A stretch of 63,559 nt of DNA, counting the filler, from Sphacelaria rigidula (lineage: Eukaryota), in assembly GCA_964200075.2 (NCBI GenBank). It is 4 parts of 4 records of this genome, joined end to end, with 100 filler letters (N's around TTAATTAATTAA, not from the genome) between each part and the next. Parts side by side here need not be neighbours in the genome. Positions count along the whole stretch, not along the records: positions 1 to 15,828 come from CAXNAA020001579.1; 3 more parts are not named here. One strand, 5' to 3'. Each line of letters opens with the position of its first letter. Position 1 is the first letter of the stretch. A program made the position numbers and the translations under genes. The notes under the pieces are model-generated. The model was not told the DNA's origin, ran no database searches, and saw nothing but the letters and a program-made list of their open reading frames with translations. This document shows positions 1-13,513 of this stretch, one piece after another.

Positions 1-110
1 ATCTCCTACAACACAAACAACAGCACAGAAAGAAAACTTCACATAGCACTATCAAAAGAAGGAAAAAAAAAAAAAAAACGACCCAAGATGACGATGAAAA
101 GAAAACTTAC

Positions 111-225
111 AGGTATGTCGACGTCGCTGACATCAATCTCCGAGGGCATCGGAAAGGGCTCGTCACGATCCAGGACCCGCGCCTTAAAGGTGCCTTCGTC
201 GATAAAAACCTTCCTTAAGCCAAAC
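111..225 (-). CDS. Internal exon of an unknown protein (FGLRKVFIDEGTFKARVLDRDEPFPMPSEIDVSDVDIP); gene continues beyond the window start
   Basis: Acceptor aatag| at 226-230 and donor |gtaagt below 111. Joins the 1715-1884 exon in frame (GAA CT|G TTT). Confidence 0.7.
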
Positions 226-464
226 CTATTCGATACGAGAGCATGATGAAAAGCAATACCCCGTGACAGGCGTGGGGGGGGTCTTGGACTGAGGACTACG
301 CCTACACGTGACCTGGACCATTTCATATCTAGCCGATGTTCACAATATCCGATTGTTGAGGGCAGAGATACCTCAGGTGCGGCCTAGCGCCTGCTACAGA
401 CTGTAGCATGTTTGACCTTTGTCCAACACGGAGACCTCTGGTATATAACCTGCCCGTGCATACT

Positions 465-1480
465 TGATTATTTGATTCATTGTCGCACATTAAGTGATCC
501 AGGATGGACCCAGTCGCGGTCATTATGCACAGGATAGACGTGTATGTGTATGTGTATGTGTGTGCGTGTCGCCATCCCATCTATTCTGCACGCCGTTCTA
601 CACTTTCGGTATATACGAGCGCATCAGCCGGGATCACACAGGAGAAAGGCCAACACAGGAGCTTTCTGTTTTTTATTTTGTTCTAGTACTCCACCTCCCT
701 TATTCTTGATCGCGAGAGGGGTTCAGCAGTCCCTTTCCCTCGTCGACAGCAAATTCGAATTTTTGTCTACCCACGACATGGTCGCTCTCTACTGTTCGGC
801 ATGGTGTGAGAAAAAAATCACAGATTCTGTGACTGCGCCGAGATTCAAACCCACGACCCAACCGTCAGAAGCTTTCGGGGTTATCAACTGAGCCACCGGG
901 ACAACCGGTACCCAAGGTAAACAATACGGGAGCCTTCGCTACAGAAGAAAAAAAGCGGAGAAAACAAGAAGATGTGACAAACAACGGAGTGAACTAAGAA
1001 AAAACAAAACAGAAACAAAACGAGGCAGAAACAGGAGTGGAAAGGAACGGGGAAGAGCAAGAAAAATAAAAGGAATAAAACTATAAATGGAAGGCCTCTG
1101 CAGCATGGCTTCAGGTGGAAAAGGCTTTCACGTACACGACGTAAAACACAAGAGACCGTGGAAGCAGATTGTGGCTAAGCTATTTCGGTACCGCCATGAT
1201 ATTCGAGTACAAGCTCCCCCACATGGCACTGAGCGAGAAGAAACAGCGGAAGAGAGGGGGGGGAGGGGGATGTAGAGAGAAAGCGACAGCGGAGAAGAAG
1301 GCAACTACGGAAGCGATTAAACCCAATAACACAGTAGAGCATACACAAGAGCACAAGGAGAAAACACCGCAAGGGCACAGGCCAAGTAAAGAGTCAACAG
1401 CCGATAAGAGAAGGCAGGGGTACATCAGTTTCTGTGTCAACCGAGCCTCTCCCCCTCATCCCTAGCCGGGTACCAAGCGA
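465..1480 (-). mobile_element. 3' UTR/tail fragment of an RTE-like LINE, interrupted by a SINE
   Basis: The reverse complement of about 1080-1175 matches 35390-35490. The reverse complement of 465-530 matches the LINE tail (ataatgaccgcgactgg...gcgacaatgaatc) seen at 35650-35715. Confidence 0.55.
541..909 (-). mobile_element. tRNA-headed SINE, copy 1
   Basis: Minus strand begins ccggttgtcccggTGGCTCAGTTGA...GGTTTGAATC (A/B-box-like) and ends in a CA-rich tail. Homologous to 10937-11295 and 30817-31213. Confidence 0.75.
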
Positions 1481-1714
1481 GACACACTCTATAAACCATT
1501 TCCATCCTGGATTCCTCGCGAGACGTTGCTGTTATTACATCAGCGGTGTGGTGTGTCGGCGGCTCTCCAATTGGCGGTTCCTCGATGCAGCACCCTCTCG
1601 TTCGTGGCAAAGGTCCGATACTTCAGCACCAGAACCCCAGGGGCTCGCGGAAAATGGAGGGGCGGGGAACTCGGGGATGGAAAAAAAAGTGAGGCAAAGA
1701 GCAAGAAAACTCAC

Positions 1715-1884
1715 AGTTCACTTCTTTCGCTTATGATCTGCCCGTTATCGAACATGATGGTCCCGTCGGCGGCCTGGCGAATGCGCACTCGCCAGAACAA
1801 AAGAGCGCTCGGTATTTCGAACACCTCGCTGTAGAGGGGGCTCACGGGGCTGCTGAATTGCAGGAACTCCTCCCCGCCCTCCTC
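1715..1884 (-). CDS. Internal exon of the same unknown protein (EEGGEEFLQFSSPVSPLYSEVFEIPSALLFWRVRIRQAADGTIMFDNGQIISERSEL)
   Basis: Pyrimidine-rich ttgcag acceptor and gtgagt donor. 170 nt, phase-compatible with both neighbouring exons. Confidence 0.72.
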
Positions 1885-3046
1885 CTGCAAGCAAGCGAAC
1901 CAGCAAGCCAGCAACAAACAATGAACGAAAAAAAAAAACAGACACCGTGTGATATGACGAGGCCAGAGGTATGTATGCACTAAAACCGTCGGAGATCCCT
2001 GCACGCCTGGATAGGTGGACGGTGGTTGTACGTTAACCACTTCGGTTAAATCAATGTCTTCTTCCAAAACCGTGTGCGAAGCCGTGACCACGCAATGGCA
2101 CCGGTACAATTGCGAGCAGTGAACAACGAGTTTTTCTCTAACAAAAAGCAAACGGCGAGGACATCCGAGTCCTCGCAGCTCACCCTCCACACGAGCCACA
2201 CGAGTACACACACATCCGCGGCTTCGAGTGACCGGAGTCCTCTCCGAGCACACGCACTTGCGACATGCACTTCATGCAATATATACGCATAGTCCACATC
2301 GTATTCGCCATCAAAACATTCCACGCGTCGGAAAGCTCATGAGCTACCGATAACAGCTAGTCAAAGGGGACTCCCAGACCTGTTGCCCGAGAACAAGATA
2401 ATCTTGTGAGCGAGTTTCGAGGAGCCAAAGCGCTGCCTTTTGCGCTACTCCACGTGATTGGCGTCCAGCGCTGTAAGGACTAAGTATGGAAAAAGGGGCC
2501 GGATGAGCCACAGTAGCTCATGATCCGGATCAGTACACTAATAAGACGTAGTATATTTCGGTAGCTCGTGAGGTGTCCGACGTGTAATACAGTTGCCATA
2601 AAATATCACCGACCGAAACCCAAACAGAGACAAACCCTTCGACCGCACAAGTGTGGGTCATCCGTGTATTATTCCATGTATTTTTCAAGTGAAGTTGACG
2701 CCGACTCGACAGATGACCCACCTCCACCCTCAAGCCTGTCGGGCAAGGGAGGGTGCCATATTCGCGAAAACTAACGCTCCGGTTCTCAAAAAAATGGGCT
2801 GAATGGCACATTTTGATGCAAAAGTCCCAGACCCTCGACAGTCGATGAAGGGTGCTTGTTATCTACATTTTCTCTTTGAAGCTTCAGAAGACCATGACAG
2901 ATCAAACTGTACACAGGGGTCGTAAACCAACGACATGTGCTGTAGGTATAGCATCGAAGCAACGCGAGATAGATATACGCTCTGGCGGGGCAGATGGACC
3001 TACCATACGTTTCACGGTGATCACAAGCTCGCGTGCGCGCTCTCAC

Positions 3047-3437
3047 CTCTATGCGCCAATTCCCCACTTCGGCCACCATACCCTTGCTGAACTGGCAATC
3101 CCCGTTCTCCCTGAGCTCCAACTGGCAAGTGCGCTCAAAGAAGCGAAAGGCAGCGAATTGCACCCATAACCGCTGGCCTCTGATCGCGTCTATGTCTACC
3201 CCTCCCGCGCGCTTAGGTGCAGCCTCAGCCTCCTGCTGCAGCAAAAGCTGCTGCTGTTGCGTGGCAGCCCCATCCCCCATCCCCTGCGTGGTGCATAACG
3301 CCACGACTGGTGACGGCCCATCTACGCTGTTTCTGCCGGTTGGTCGCCATGTGGCTGCGCCTCGCTTTACCGCTGTCCTCTTCGCCAGGTGCTGCTGCTG
3401 CTGCTGTGATGGACATGATGTGCGCAGGACTGCCGGT
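3047..3437 (-). CDS. Exon of the same unknown protein with a Q/A-rich low-complexity segment (...IRGQRLWVQFAAFRFFERTCQLELRENGDCQFSKGMVAEVGNWRIE); first exon not identified
   Basis: Open frame with a phase-0 donor gag|gtgaga at 3047. The 5' boundary is uncertain (cag acceptors at about 3438 or 3430) and there is no in-frame ATG near the 5' end. Confidence 0.6.
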
Positions 3438-5135
3438 CTGCGGTAGCACCGGCGTGAAGACAGACAGCCATTCGTTTATAATTATATCATTTTCATGCTT
3501 GTGTATGGGGTTAGCTATAGCACTCAGGGGGGGAGGGGTAAGTTTCAGATTCCTGTGAGGATGGTGGGTGGTTTCTCTGGCACCTCCTGAATTTGACGCT
3601 GGAATGGAAGAAGATGGAAAAACAGGGCGGGGGAAAAAATGGAACAAGAGGTGGCGTAAATAACTTCTATTCTGAGAGGCGATGCGTTGTCTTCTTAAAA
3701 TCCTCGGTGGGTTCACGCCTCATGTGTCGAACGTATACCGGAACGCAAGGGTCTCGTCATGGGCGCAACAAACAAAAATCTTGTACGACCGTAGAGACAT
3801 ATCTCGGTAGAACAAAAAAACGAGTTTTCCGCTACTTTCTTGACACCAACAGCTAGATGAGCAGCAGATGACAAGGGTATCGACGATATGTCCGCAAGAA
3901 GAGCTTTCAGCCACTAATACCAAGCTTGTGCTAAAAATCAAAACTCCAAGTGATGTACAAAACAAAAAAAGGGAGCTTCGGCTTGGTGACTCTCAAGAAC
4001 GAAACGCGTTTTAGAGTCATTTTCCATTAGTCACTGCAGCCCTCTGCCATATTGCACGGTTACTTTACAACGCAGCAGCTCCTGTGTTACCTTCGCTCAC
4101 CACGATGATGTGGTATAAGCTGTTGAAAAATCTCTGAATAGTGGGGCTGCGCTCGATCACGCTGAGAAAAGCCAACATCGCAAGCTCGACAAGCGCATAC
4201 GTGTACTGTACTGCGTGCGGCGTTTTGCAATCAGCTCTACAAGTGTACTTGAATTTGTGTGCAACTGCTAGTTTATGGTCATCAAACGCACGAGTTTCAA
4301 TTACAAGCGATTCTTGTCGACTTTGTCGCCATCACGACCAACTACATTTTGATTTTGATTAATTGCCGCACTTCAAGTGACCCCCAGGGGTCAAGCCATG
4401 GTCTCATGGTGAACAATAAACGTTTAATACAACATTTTGAGAGAGAGGAGAGGGATCATTACTACTACTATAGGCACAAGTGATTCCGAAAGGAAAATCG
4501 CGTCAATGATTGTATTGGAACCACTTACGGGCTAACCGGTCGCCGGGGGGTCCTACGAGAACACAGCCCCAGGCTCTGGCTCTTTGTTACACCAGGTTGA
4601 TCGAACCAATCCCGATGGTTCTGGTCAACAATAATCCAGGAGCAGTTTTATAATATCGAGGTATGATTCGCGCTGCAGCCGAAAAACCGTGTATTAGGAC
4701 CAAATCGCGGGGAATGACACCCCCCAATTCACACGACAACGGACTTCTTGCCCTGTACTACTCCGGCAGCACAAGATTGGGTATTATAGTATGTGCCATT
4801 AACAACCTGCTCCTCTTTTCGAGTGTCATAACGATTCCAGAATTTCGGCTGGAAAACGTAAAAAAGTCTGCGATAAAGTGCAACACAGACTTCTTCATCC
4901 GAATGACGACTACTGTAGAGTTGAGAATGTCTCAATCAACAACGAGAAGCAGCAGCATATATAAGAAGCATAACACGAAAAACGTCAACGCTTGGCTCGT
5001 TCAACCATGCAAGCCAGCCCGTCAGTGTCTTCCCGTCAGCCGAGGTGTACTCAACACATCGCCACAGTCAAATACACTGGATGACAATGTGTGGGCGTTT
5101 TCTCCTGAAGATGTACTCGTACTGGATAATGATTC

Positions 5136-5327
5136 CAACGTTGTGTTCTGTAGGGTATATCCGGAAGTAGAGGGCGGCGGCGGGGGGGATTGGCCTACTA
5201 AACCATACCGGGATATGTAGCGAACATTCTGGTACGGTCGGGAAGGATATTTACCGATAAATCACCTGCTGTGTAATCCTGTAAATACCCGAATTTCAGC
5301 CAGTATGCCCTACAGAACACGGCATGA
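5136..5327. mobile_element. Short internally deleted member of the CAAGG-terminal MITE family
   Basis: Inverted ends gtgttctgtaggg / ccctacagaacac, the same termini as 8259-8815 and 58540-59195. Confidence 0.5.
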
Positions 5328-6273
5328 TTAATATGGTCGTTCACTTGTCTATAGTGTACATGCCTCGTGAGCACAAACGAACCATCGGATCCTCTTCCCA
5401 GCGTACTTCCCTATAGGGCTACACACCGAGCATGTGGAGGAGTTCATATATGTGGCATAGCAGTACCGTACTCGTCGTCGAAACCCAGGATTACCATCAG
5501 CAAGCTGGAGTTGATGTGCAAACCTACACACGACTCGCAGCACGAGCAGCACTTTCTTTTAGATGAACGACATAAAGATGCCCGACCTAAACCGGATCTA
5601 GCTGCTGGACGCTAAGAGTGGACAAACAGCAAACACAGTCCTCCGTGATTCATTTTTTTGTGGGAAGAAGTCGCAGTGTGTATAACAGAGCGTCCTTGAG
5701 GTGCGCTCCAAGCTCAGGGAGCATGGTGCTTGTTTACATGCTCATTGTGACAATTGCATGGTACTGTACTACAGTACAGTCAGTATAGCATGGATTCTTG
5801 AAGTATAGCATGGGATCTTGCAGTGTTGCATGCCCGTCCATGGTGCTACTATATGTAAAAACGTGACGTACTGGACTAGGGAAGTCCAAGACTCAAAGAC
5901 TGACGATTTGCAACATAGAACTTATGTACTGCTAGGCCAATGAGTTGTTACGCTATCCTCAAATAATGGTTGCTTCAAAGCCGACCTTCTGGCTGTCTTT
6001 GCACAAATATAATCTTTGACACTGAAACCATTTTGTGGACCTTGACTTATGGCCTGGGCTGTTTCCCGACCTAATAATAGCAATCAGGCACATTTCACCC
6101 GTCGCATGCTATTGTTGCAGCAAACCGAGCGGAGCACACCGACGTGACATTTTTTGTTTGCGACTGACATGGGCTTATAGATTTTTCTCGACCCTTTCTC
6201 CTATCCATGGTTGCGGCTGATCTTTTTCGTTTCCACCTCTTCTTCCTCTTCAACTCTTGAAATAGTGAGGAGT

Positions 6274-7074
6274 CAGGGCGTGTCTTAGCACTTTTTTAAA
6301 AAATTAATCGACAAAATATGCGGGGGGGTCGACTTGAGCGAAATTTGCTCATTTTTCGCGAGTCGGGTCCACGCGAATTTTCAAGCTTTCGATAAAAAAA
6401 AGACAGTGATCTTCGTGAAACGGTGCACGGCTACTCGCGTACAGTAGGGTCAGTCTGTACTGCTGTCTGCACTGCTTGCACGCAGTGTCTTGAGTGCGCG
6501 TGTGCGTGTTTCGCACAGGAGGATACAAAAGAGGAGCGGGCAAGGTACAGTGCAGACAACCCAGGACTATCAGTTCTCTCTGCTTACAATGCGACGTGAA
6601 AAGGACTTCAGCAACGTGCAGCTTTGTACTGCCTGCACTGTCCATGAGCGTGCACGCAACTCAGTTACCCACCGTACCACGCAGTTCGGCCGCTGATCCC
6701 CACCATCGTAAGAAGACGCGCAAGTTTTCGCCAACAAAAAATAAACAAAGCATACCCAACTACTGCAGCGTATCTATCCCTGCGCTCAACTCGTATTCGA
6801 TGCTGCAGGGTTGCGCTGGTAGCTGAGAATGAGTTGGATGGAGTTTGCATGGTCCTGTGAACAGGAGGTATTTGGCGTGGTGGTCAGTGAGATAGGAGTC
6901 AAGTGCCGCTCTGTGAGGATTATTTTTTGTCAAATAGTTTTTCTCCGCGCGACACTAATTATAATTTTGAGTTGAAGCCTTCTAGGAACATAAATGCGGT
7001 GAACCTATTAGATCCGCAAAAAAATCGACCGCACTTTTTCCATCGATGAAAACAAGGTGCCAAGACATGCCCTG
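6274..7074. mobile_element. Non-autonomous TIR DNA element (PIF/Harbinger- or hAT-like)
   Basis: TIRs cagggcgtgtcttagcac / gtgccaagacatgccctg (16 of 18 matches). TSD unclear. Confidence 0.6.
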
Positions 7075-8258
7075 ACCCGGGGATGGGAGGGGAGGGTCCA
7101 AGGGTCGGACAAATAATGATTCGTCTGGATATTATTTGGTTTTAGTTTGATGAGCCGACTCGTGACGAATCGATCCCTAGGCTTTATTTCANNNNNNNNN
7201 NTTTATTTCAGCGTTGCAACCCAGGTACACGAAGCCCGGACACGTGGAATGGCGCAAAAGTTGCGTGGATAACCCTTGGGCCAGCGATCAACTTTTTTCT
7301 CCCTATTGGTCGATCAGGCTGAAGAAATAATGAATTTGGTGATTTTGAGTCGTGATGATTTATCCTGACCGTGGGAGGGTCTCAACAGGGTTAACACGAG
7401 TGCCGAGTGAAGTATGTGAAGCGCTAGATGTTCATGTTATGCTGGAGATTTGAAGATGGACGTGCATGGTCAAGCAACGGAAACGACCCGCTCCCATCCC
7501 CCATCCTCATCGCAGCCACACGACACGAATAAGGGATAAAGGGCGACATTAAAAAACAGGGAGTAAGAGCAAGATGGATTTGGATATACAGGACAGTGAA
7601 TCTTTAATCAGGGGTTATTACGGGAACAACGCCCAACGGGGAACATGAGAGGACAGGACGGATTGCCCCGTCGCGGCCGGCACTGTCCTGTTTTTTTTCC
7701 ATTTCTGTCCCACCCTCACGGGGCGTTAATGACTACGTATTCCCCGTTATATTTCATGGGGCATCCCGGCCAAGCTCGCTGGAAGTTGAAGATGTCTTGG
7801 TGTACATTGGGATCTTTTGCGAGATGGAAGTAACGTATCCTACCAAACGAAATCGATGATTTTGTTTGCTGACGCGTGAAGGCGTTGCTTGGACAAAGTT
7901 CTGGTCTCAGCGCACCTATTTCGGGGTGACGGCACACATGTCTCGTGACGACGGGACTGGGCGGGACAGGCTCTCACGGGACGGAAAGTTCCCGTCCCGC
8001 CCCGCCCCGCTTTTAGGTGAAAAGCTCCGTAGTTTACCGCAAGTGCCTCGTGAAATTCACTAGAATCACAGCAGTACGCACATTAGGCAAATATATGCTA
8101 TATATAAGTGATCAGTGATCGTTTTTGTCGCTTCGATGAGGGATACCTTCAGGAGAGAGAGAATGTGACCCTTAGCCAATCGCTCGGTGTAAGAGTTTTT
8201 TTTTCAAGTTCCTTAGATTCGAACAAAGAGGATCGAGAGTAGAAGTTCAAGAATATTG

Positions 8259-8815
8259 CAAGGTTGTGTTGTGTAGGGTGCGGTTTTCAGTATATCCGGG
8301 GTATTTTCCCGGGTATCTACCGTAACCGACACGTTTGTACCGGTACTCGACAGTTCTGTAGAGTCTGTAAGATTTCCTTACCCCTACCCGATAGTTCTGT
8401 GAGTTCTGTGAGCCTCCCGTAGCGTTACCGGGGGCACGGGTATGCTCTTGATGAGATAATCGGTAGCGGGTAACGTTTTCTGTGCGGCCTCCATACCCTG
8501 CCCGACAGTTTCTGCGAGTTTTGTACGCCTCCCATACCTTTGCTCGACAGTTCTGTGAGTTCTGTAAATAATGTATGCCCGTTTCCGGAGCGCGGGTATG
8601 CCCTTACAGAAATACCCGATTGCCGGAACGGTTTTCTGTAAAACTCCAGTACCGTACCCGACAAGTTCTGTAATCTCTTTCAAGACTTTCAAACCGGTAC
8701 TCGACAGCAGTGTAATTTCTATAAGACTTTCATACCGGTACCCGATAATTCTGTAACTTCTGTAGGGTATCCCATACCCTACAGATCGTACCCGTACCCT
8801 GAGGATACAACCTTG
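8259..8815. mobile_element. hAT-like MITE dense in cccgacagttctgt motifs
   Basis: Imperfect TIRs caaggttgtg..agggtgcgg / ccgtaccct..acaaccttg. Flanks gaatattg and gaaacttg resemble a degenerate 8-bp TSD. Confidence 0.65.
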
Positions 8816-10936
8816 GAAACTTGCTCACTGGCGGTAATTTTCGGAATAGTTCCTCTTACGAGTACTCGTATCAACATCCGAGTGCCTATTTTCTGACTTA
8901 TTTCCAGGGATTGCGTCATTTTTGCTACTGAAAAAATGGGTGTGGTTATCTCCGCGCTACCTGCAGAGTCATATGAGTTCAACAGTATCTCGAGCGTGGA
9001 AAGAACAACCAGTGATGCCCACGTTATTGACTGTACCGTGGGAGCGGTACATTATCCTGTGGGGTGCAACTTACTGTTGCGGAGCGTTTGTACGGTACAG
9101 CAATACCGACTGGCTTTTACTGTGTCTGGCATGATACTGTGCTGTACAGTAGGACAGTACTGTTGTGTGCACTGATTATCAAGAATCACATTTGAAAGTC
9201 TGATGCGTGTGTTCCAAGTCCCCCACCGGCTGACCCTCAAGCCATTAAGTATAACATCGTACGCTACGTTGGATGCAGCTGCAGTGCTGCCGTGTGCGCT
9301 GTACTGCCTGGCGGTTGAACAACATGCAGGCAGAAAGGCTTTGCGCACATGCTGCCAACGCAACATGTGTCCCACCGTGCGGCAAAAGGCACACAAGCAC
9401 AGCAGACAAGTCCAGTCGACAGTACTCTTCACCTCTCACCCCGATACAAAAGCTTCAGCGATCACGCCCATTCCCAATAGCATCCACCCTGCCCATCCCA
9501 TAGTCATCGTGGCTCTCAAAGTTTCCGGTGCCGCATACTTGCCGCATGTGGCCTGATACATGATGGTTTGGCGCATGATTATTAAGGAGAGCTGGTAAGG
9601 GTCATTATGGATACTGACACTTGAACTGAGGGTCTTGTGCAGGCCGTGCGATAGTATCGGGTCGACAGGGAATAACGCCTATTTACTGCGACCATTAGAG
9701 TTAAAGCCAAACGATCGACTCTCTCAGCCATTTAATTAGTTTCGTGTCTCCATCATCCACAAGAACTATTGCTGCCGCTACGTTGTCCCTGCGGGATCAT
9801 GGAAAACGACTCACTATAAATTGATTTAATTCAACCATAACGATGGGCCGACATCATGGCACACACGAACAAGCAGGAGTTTCTCCACCGCGGGAGTTGG
9901 CATGTGGGGCTTTTTGTCATCAGTATTGGTACTGGAGGCGTCAACTGGGGTCCTATCCTTCGTCGTTGCTCCAAATTCTGCCCATAAAAATGCTGCCGCT
10001 GTCCAAAGGACGGCCTTCTCCCAGCAGGTGCGATGCTGCTGGTCATGAGATGTACCTGTATGTAAATGCATATGCGGTTGTGAGGGCGTTGAGTACGAGG
10101 GCGTTAGTATAGATGTGCAATAGCAATAATGCGAAGCAGCGATTACTGTGATGGTGGCGGTGGTGGCGGTGATGGTGGTGATGGTACCAGACGTCGACAA
10201 TCTACAAGTTGACATGCCAAGACTTCGAGGAAAAAGCAAACAAACGGGCACAAAATGATCGTATCGGAACTGATGTGAGCTCTCCTGGTGACGCCGCGTT
10301 TAGTTTTTCACTGCGGACGGCTTTCATGTTTGGCGCACAGTAGTGCTTGTGCAGTACGTGACAGCCATACCATCTACACGGGCTACAGTTGTACACCCGG
10401 TGTCATGCTGTTCTGTTCTGCGTGTGTGGCTATCCTGTTCTTGCAAGATGTCACATCACAGCCAGTCTGACGAGAGCAGCACCACCTAAATCACCATCCT
10501 AAACTAGGATATTAAAGTCAATCTACAGAGGCAATACAGTACTCATACTCGAACAGCACAGTACCTGACGGTGGACTTGGGCCCACAGAGGAGTGACGGT
10601 GCGAAGCCTACTTCCACCGCCGTAAATTGGGCCTCCGCCTTGGAAAAGACTCCGGCAAAGTGGGGAGGGCACCACGCTAGCGCTATCACCTCGCACCGAG
10701 CACCATTTCTCGCACAGAATACGCATCCTCTTCCGCAAGCGTGAGTCACGTGAATTACACTCCAGTGAATTACGGTGGAGAAATCCGTGCTTCGTAGCAT
10801 GCTGTGGAAGTGTGTCCCCATGACCTTCAGCGTGAAAAACGTTTTCGAAAACACGGTTCTACGAGGTGTAGGCGGCCAACACCCCCGTCGTTAACAGCGC
10901 ACTACTAGATTGATCATGGAGGTCTGATATTGAGCA

Positions 10937-11295
10937 GTGTGTGTGTTGTCGTCCAATCTATTCTGGACCCCGGTCTACCCCATTCGGCATATGTGGGCGC
11001 ACCAGTAGGGGTCACACAGGAGGGAGGCCAACGCAGGAGCTTTTTCTTTTTTGTTTGTTTCTAGTATCTCACCTTCCTTCTGCGGTGCTTGTCTTTTGTT
11101 TTTTATCGCGGGAGGGGTTCAGCAATCCCTTTCCCTCGTCGACGGTTGAGTCGAATTTTGTGTACCCACGACACAGTCGCTCTTCACTGTCGGGCACTGT
11201 GTGAGAAAAAATTCCGGATCGCGCCGAGAGTTGAACGCTGGGCCCCACTGTTACAAGGTTTCGAGATTACCAACTGAGCCACCGGGGCGATCGGC
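10937..11295 (-). mobile_element. tRNA-headed SINE, copy 2
   Basis: Colinear similarity to the other two copies, with gccgatcgccccggtggctcagttgg head on the minus strand. Confidence 0.75.
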
Positions 11296-12314
11296 TTCCA
11301 GCAGTAGATCTGGGTTTGGGGCATTTTGAATTACTTGTTACACGAATCATCGCATCGCTGGAAACTACACATGGCATCCAGTCTTGAGACACGTGCCTGT
11401 TTTACTCCCTGAAAAAGCAGGCGTTGAAGCCACAATACCCTAGGGTCGCATACATCTATCACGTTGTCTACTGATTCCGGGGTAATCGGTTCCCATGTAT
11501 GGCGCGGGTACCAACGGGGTGCTGGCACCGTCCAAGTATCCAAATTCGATGGAGGATGACCTCATGATATTTACCGTCAGAAGTGTATTTGTGGTGAAAT
11601 TATCAGAAGTGACCGACTACACGTTCAGCTATTTGACGTCAAGTCTGATTGCTCTCCCACAAAAACTATGATACCGCTTCTGCGTGTTACGCACAGAGGC
11701 CGAGCTGTTTCAGCAGAGACGTGCGCTCACGACCGTGCTATGCAAAATCGAACCATGACCGAAAGTACTGGGGACGTCCAATCACGTCTCCCCCAGCAGA
11801 AACACTGCAGGTGGAAGCGAAGCTATGTCCGTGCAACCAAACACCAATCTATCGTCCGTGCTTCCCGAATGGGGGTCACCCACTAAAGAGTGGTACATCT
11901 CTCAGTTCTGACACACACCCTCTCCTGCGCCCCCCTGTTTTTCACATTGCACGAACATTTTGTGTACTGTCCCCCAAACACCATAAAGTTAGTATGGAGC
12001 CCCCCACAATTAGCCTGCTTCAGCTGCAGGAGCTCGTAGTTTTCTACATTCCCTCTGTCGGTCGTTAGATGGTCAACAAATAACTCCGAAACTGAGCTGT
12101 ATCACGTTTTTGTTCCCACCACGCCAGTTCGATTTTCTGGCTCGCGGTCAACTGCCACCGATCTCCCAGATGGGGTGCACACCCTTGCTCCCTAGTCCAG
12201 TATCGCATGCAGTATCGCACTCTGAAAACACTAGTCTGACAGCTAAACCGCTTAGATTCAGACCCCCATGAGGACTGGCGTCGGTTGGTAACGACGCTGT
12301 ATAACACGTCACTC

Positions 12315-12700
12315 ACTGCGTAAGTTACGCAACCAGGTTACCGTTTTTTTCCTCAATTGGATTTTTTTTGGGGTAATCATGATCGTGGTCGAGCTAGATC
12401 ATGGCGTGCGGGGTGAAAAAACCTCAACTCCGCGCAAAAGCGATGGTTGTACTGCTAAGTGCTCACATGGTGATACGCCCATGATGCACTGTATAAGCCG
12501 TGGCTATCTCTGGAAGTGGCGATACCAGAAAATGAAGTAACTCATTGGAGACTGTCATCCAAATGCAAGATAATCAACAGACTTCGGGCCGAACAGCCTT
12601 TTGCAGGATGCAGGTCACCCTTCATGCGACTCGTCCAACACATCACGGCGCTTCACCTGATCCGGCGCAAACCCGGCGTGCTCCGTCCCGGCTTTGTAGG
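12315..12700. repeat. Interspersed repeat with an inverted copy at about 31330-31744
   Basis: Shared blocks such as gccgtggctatctctggaagtggcgataccaga and ggtcgagctagatcatg match the reverse complement of 31520-31680. Confidence 0.65.
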
Positions 12701-12796
12701 GATGCGAGGTCAATGGTTATATATGTACGGCATGCAAGATCACGAGTACCCCCCCCTCCCCCCCCTCCCCCCCAAACATGATATCTCTTACGGCAG

Positions 12797-12973
12797 CAAA
12801 AGTCTGCGGTGCGGTTATCAGCAACAGCAGCTGACGTAGACCCTCGCGTGAAGGAGATGCCGCAGAATCGGGAAAGGCCGTCCAGCTACACCGGTGCGTG
12901 CTTCGTTGTGAAGGACAACATCGACACCGACCAGATCATTCCTGCAGAGTATCTCACCCTCGTGCCCTCCAAG
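12797..12973 (+). CDS. leuD: 3-isopropylmalate dehydratase small subunit (plant/plastid type), exon
   Basis: Encodes YTGACFVVKDNIDTDQIIPAEYLTLVPSK, the DNIDTDQIIP signature. Acceptor cggcag| and donor aag|gtttgt. Confidence 0.88.
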
Positions 12974-13443
12974 GTTTGTGCCATGATTTGGTTTTACGTG
13001 GGTATCATGTTTGCGCCGAAGATGCCGAATGTAATGCGCGTATATAAGTGTACAGAGTAATTGATACCTTGAATGTTTTTCGTTGGTCGAAATAAATACT
13101 CCAGGATGTTTTTTTATTTCCCTTTTTGAATTTCATTCAGATCTTTTCGATGATGAGCCTGCGTTCTGTCAATACCAACAGTAATGAAAACAGTACACCC
13201 TGCAACGTTCTGATACCTTCGAGTCCACTCAGCGCTGGTTTTCTTGTTTTGCCAGATCTTGTTTTCCCTTTTTTTTTCACAGTTTGAAGTGCTAGGCGTT
13301 CCCCCTTCGTCGTCGTGATCGCCGCTCTGCTCACTGTCGGTGCGAAAGGACTGCAGCCTGATGAACGGCGCTATATCTGCCCCCTTTTTTTGTTTTTGTT
13401 TTCCGTCCTGATCGTCATATGTTCCATTGCCCCTGACTGACAG

Positions 13444-13513
13444 GCCGACGAGTACGAGAAGCTGGGGTCTTATGCCATGATCGGGCTGCCTGACGTGTAC
13501 GAAACGCGCTTTG
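13444..13513 (+). CDS. leuD: 3-isopropylmalate dehydratase small subunit, next exon (ADEYEKLGSYAMIGLPDVYETRF); later exons not found before the contig end
   Basis: Acceptor ctgacag| and donor g|gtgagt. In frame with the previous exon and matches the plant IPMI small-subunit motif EYEKLGSYALxGLP. Confidence 0.88.

Noticed and set aside
7183-7210. Direct repeat tttatttca flanking 10 Ns as a TSD
   Set aside because: More likely overlapping contig ends at a scaffold gap.
10561-10740. Possible upstream leuD exon ending at a gtgagt donor
   Set aside because: The open frame ends in phase 2, which does not fit the phase-0 start at 12797, and it shows no signal-peptide character.
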